Of a DNA stretch of 64,000 nt, positions 59,883-64,000 are shown piece after piece; position 1 is the first letter of the stretch, and every line of letters begins with the position of its first letter. The stretch comes from Candidatus Multivorans sp. GTDB lineage: Bacteria > Acidobacteriota > Thermoanaerobaculia > Multivoradales > Multivoraceae. The notes below the pieces were generated by a model, which searched no databases, had not been told where the DNA came from, and saw nothing but the letters and a program-made list of their open reading frames with translations. The DNA lies in the NCBI GenBank assembly GCA_965205295.1, contig OZ242167.1, positions 2,898,097 to 2,962,096 of the forward strand, given 5' to 3'. The position numbers were made by a program, and so were the translations under genes.

Positions 59883-60497
59883 ATGCCGGCACGCCAAAAC
59901 CCTGGAGGCTCACCTGTGCGAAAAATCATCATCGGAACAGCCATCATCGCGCTGATCGCCGCATTCGCCGCGGCCGTGCAGCTAACGGCGGCGGACGCCG
60001 CACCGTCGCTCGACGACATGGTCGAGCCGGCCTACAACGCCGACGGCGACCTGATCCTCCCGGAGGGCTACCGCACCTGGGTATTCGTCGGGGCGTCGCT
60101 GGGTCTGAGCTACAGCGAGGACGCCGGCGAGCGCGAAGGTCCGGGCGCGTTCACCAACGTCTACATCCAGCCGGAGGCGTACCGCTACTTCATGGAGACG
60201 GGCGAGTTCCCCGAGAAGACCATGCTCCCCATGGACGTGTTCCGGCCCGGCTCCCGCGAGTCGATCAACCAGGCGGGGTACTTCGAGAAGGACTTCGCCG
60301 GGATGGAAGTGGCGGTCAAGGACAGCGAGCGGTACCCGGAGGGTTGGGCCTACCTGAGCTTCCGCGACCGGGCCGGGGGCCTGAAGGCGTCAGCGGCGGC
60401 GTTCCCGAAGGAGAGCTGCTACGACTGTCATGCGGAGCATGCCGCGACGGACAACGTGTTCACGCAGTTCTATCCGGTGTTGCAGCGGGGGGAGTAG
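59883..60497 (+). CDS. cytochrome P460 family protein
   Basis: Signal/TM (IIIGTAIIALIAAFAAA). C-terminal heme site CYDCH near the end of a ~200-aa protein, as in cytochrome P460. Confidence 0.7.
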   Translation: MPARQNPGGSPVRKIIIGTAIIALIAAFAAAVQLTAADAAPSLDDMVEPAYNADGDLILPEGYRTWVFVGASLGLSYSEDAGEREGPGAFTNVYIQPEAYRYFMETGEFPEKTMLPMDVFRPGSRESINQAGYFEKDFAGMEVAVKDSERYPEGWAYLSFRDRAGGLKASAAAFPKESCYDCHAEHAATDNVFTQFYPVLQRGE

Positions 60498-60531
60498 GGG
60501 GCCGCTGAAGGCCTGAGGGCTGCCCCCTCCT

Positions 60532-62247
<1,716 letters not shown>

Positions 62248-62272
62248 GGTCCATAGCGTACCACAGGGCTCG

Positions 62273-62364
<92 letters not shown>

Positions 62365-62407
62365 CGAGCGAGGGAGTGTAGCAGCGGGCGGCTTCGATGA
62401 CCGTCCG

Positions 62408-62821
62408 CTACCGGCCGGAAACTCGCGCCGCGACGTCGACCCGGGCCTGGGCCGCGTCCAGGCGGTCCTTCAGGGCGCCCTGGTCCTCGGAGCTGGCGCG
62501 GTCGTACTCCCCGGCCAGCCGGTCGCGGTCGCTCGTGGCGGCGGTGCGGTCGATGTCCTCGGCGGCCTCGGCGGTCTCGGTGAGCACGGTCACCGTGTCG
62601 TCGGAGACCTCGCAGAAGCCCGGCGCCGTAGCGACGAAGCGACGTGGTCCGCCGGCCGCCGGCTGGTAGCTGAGCTCGCCAGGGCGCAGGGTGCTGATCA
62701 GCGCCGTGTGCCCGGGCAGAATGCCGAGGTCGCCGAGGCGACCCGGTAGGCCGACGTCGCTGCACTCGACTTCGAGCAGCTTCTCGGCATGGGTCACCAG
62801 GATGAGGTTCAAGCCCGTCAC
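62408..62821 (-). CDS. atpC: F0F1 ATP synthase epsilon subunit
   Basis: GTG start. [46 protein letters not shown] is a typical epsilon N-terminal beta-sandwich. Confidence 0.8.
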   Translation of the reverse strand: MTGLNLILVTHAEKLLEVECSDVGLPGRLGDLGILPGHTALISTLRPGELSYQPAAGGPRRFVATAPGFCEVSDDTVTVLTETAEAAEDIDRTAATSDRDRLAGEYDRASSEDQGALKDRLDAAQARVDVAARVSGR

Positions 62822-62835
62822 GTGGTTCGCTCCCG

Positions 62836-64000
<1,165 letters not shown>

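Overview
This is a high-GC bacterial chromosomal segment, roughly two-thirds G+C by eye. The gene content (CarboxypepD_reg-type TonB receptor, CRTAC1/ASPIC-UnbV proteins, TPR proteins, sulfatases, a ThuA plus CxxCH-heme cluster) suggests an Acidobacteria-, Gemmatimonadota- or PVC-like organism, but the taxon cannot be assigned from sequence alone. The core genes are:
- a lipoprotein M28 peptidase
- a putative imino-acid or hydroxyproline-type catabolic cluster (aldo/keto reductase, proline-racemase-family enzyme, SDR, TRAP transporter QMP)
- a TonB-dependent receptor
- a sulfatase-like/TPR fusion with a CRTAC1-family protein
- a ThuA, multiheme/PA14 and beta-propeller dehydrogenase cluster
- DUF885
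- two tandem amidohydrolases
- a PBP, multiheme-cytochrome/TPR and CRTAC1 operon
- an arylsulfatase
- TraB
- crotonase, pgi, HtrA and a PQQ-dehydrogenase
- tRNA-Gln and tRNA-Ser
- atpC and a partial atpD

Several visibly more A/T-rich islets are embedded in this core:
- (i) 14.66-18.1 kb: a Phd-like antitoxin, a PIN protein with a long C-terminal extension, and an IS1634-family transposase, inserted between a CRTAC1 gene and a TPR gene.
- (ii) 25.5-27.2 kb: a three-gene minus-strand cassette consisting of a TIGR04255-like protein and two domain-less proteins.
- (iii) 29.2-32.8 kb: a Walker-A-less ATPase paralog translationally coupled to a large P-loop NTPase with wHTH and TPR (STAND-like), preceded by an operator-like repeat.
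- (iv) 51.5-52.9 kb: an XRE-ImmA/IrrE fusion and a decayed PIN gene.

Islets (ii) and (iii) are the best candidates for an undescribed defence-type system.

Other notable sequence-level observations:
- A ~32-bp hairpin-forming palindromic repeat family (at least 5 copies) shows compensatory stem changes; two copies apparently sit in-frame inside coding sequences.
- A 20-bp direct repeat duplicates the start of the proline-racemase-like gene and creates a Pro-rich upstream ORF.
- Three intact PIN-type TA pairs plus one remnant are present.
- A secreted protein has internal domain duplications and a poly-Gly linker.
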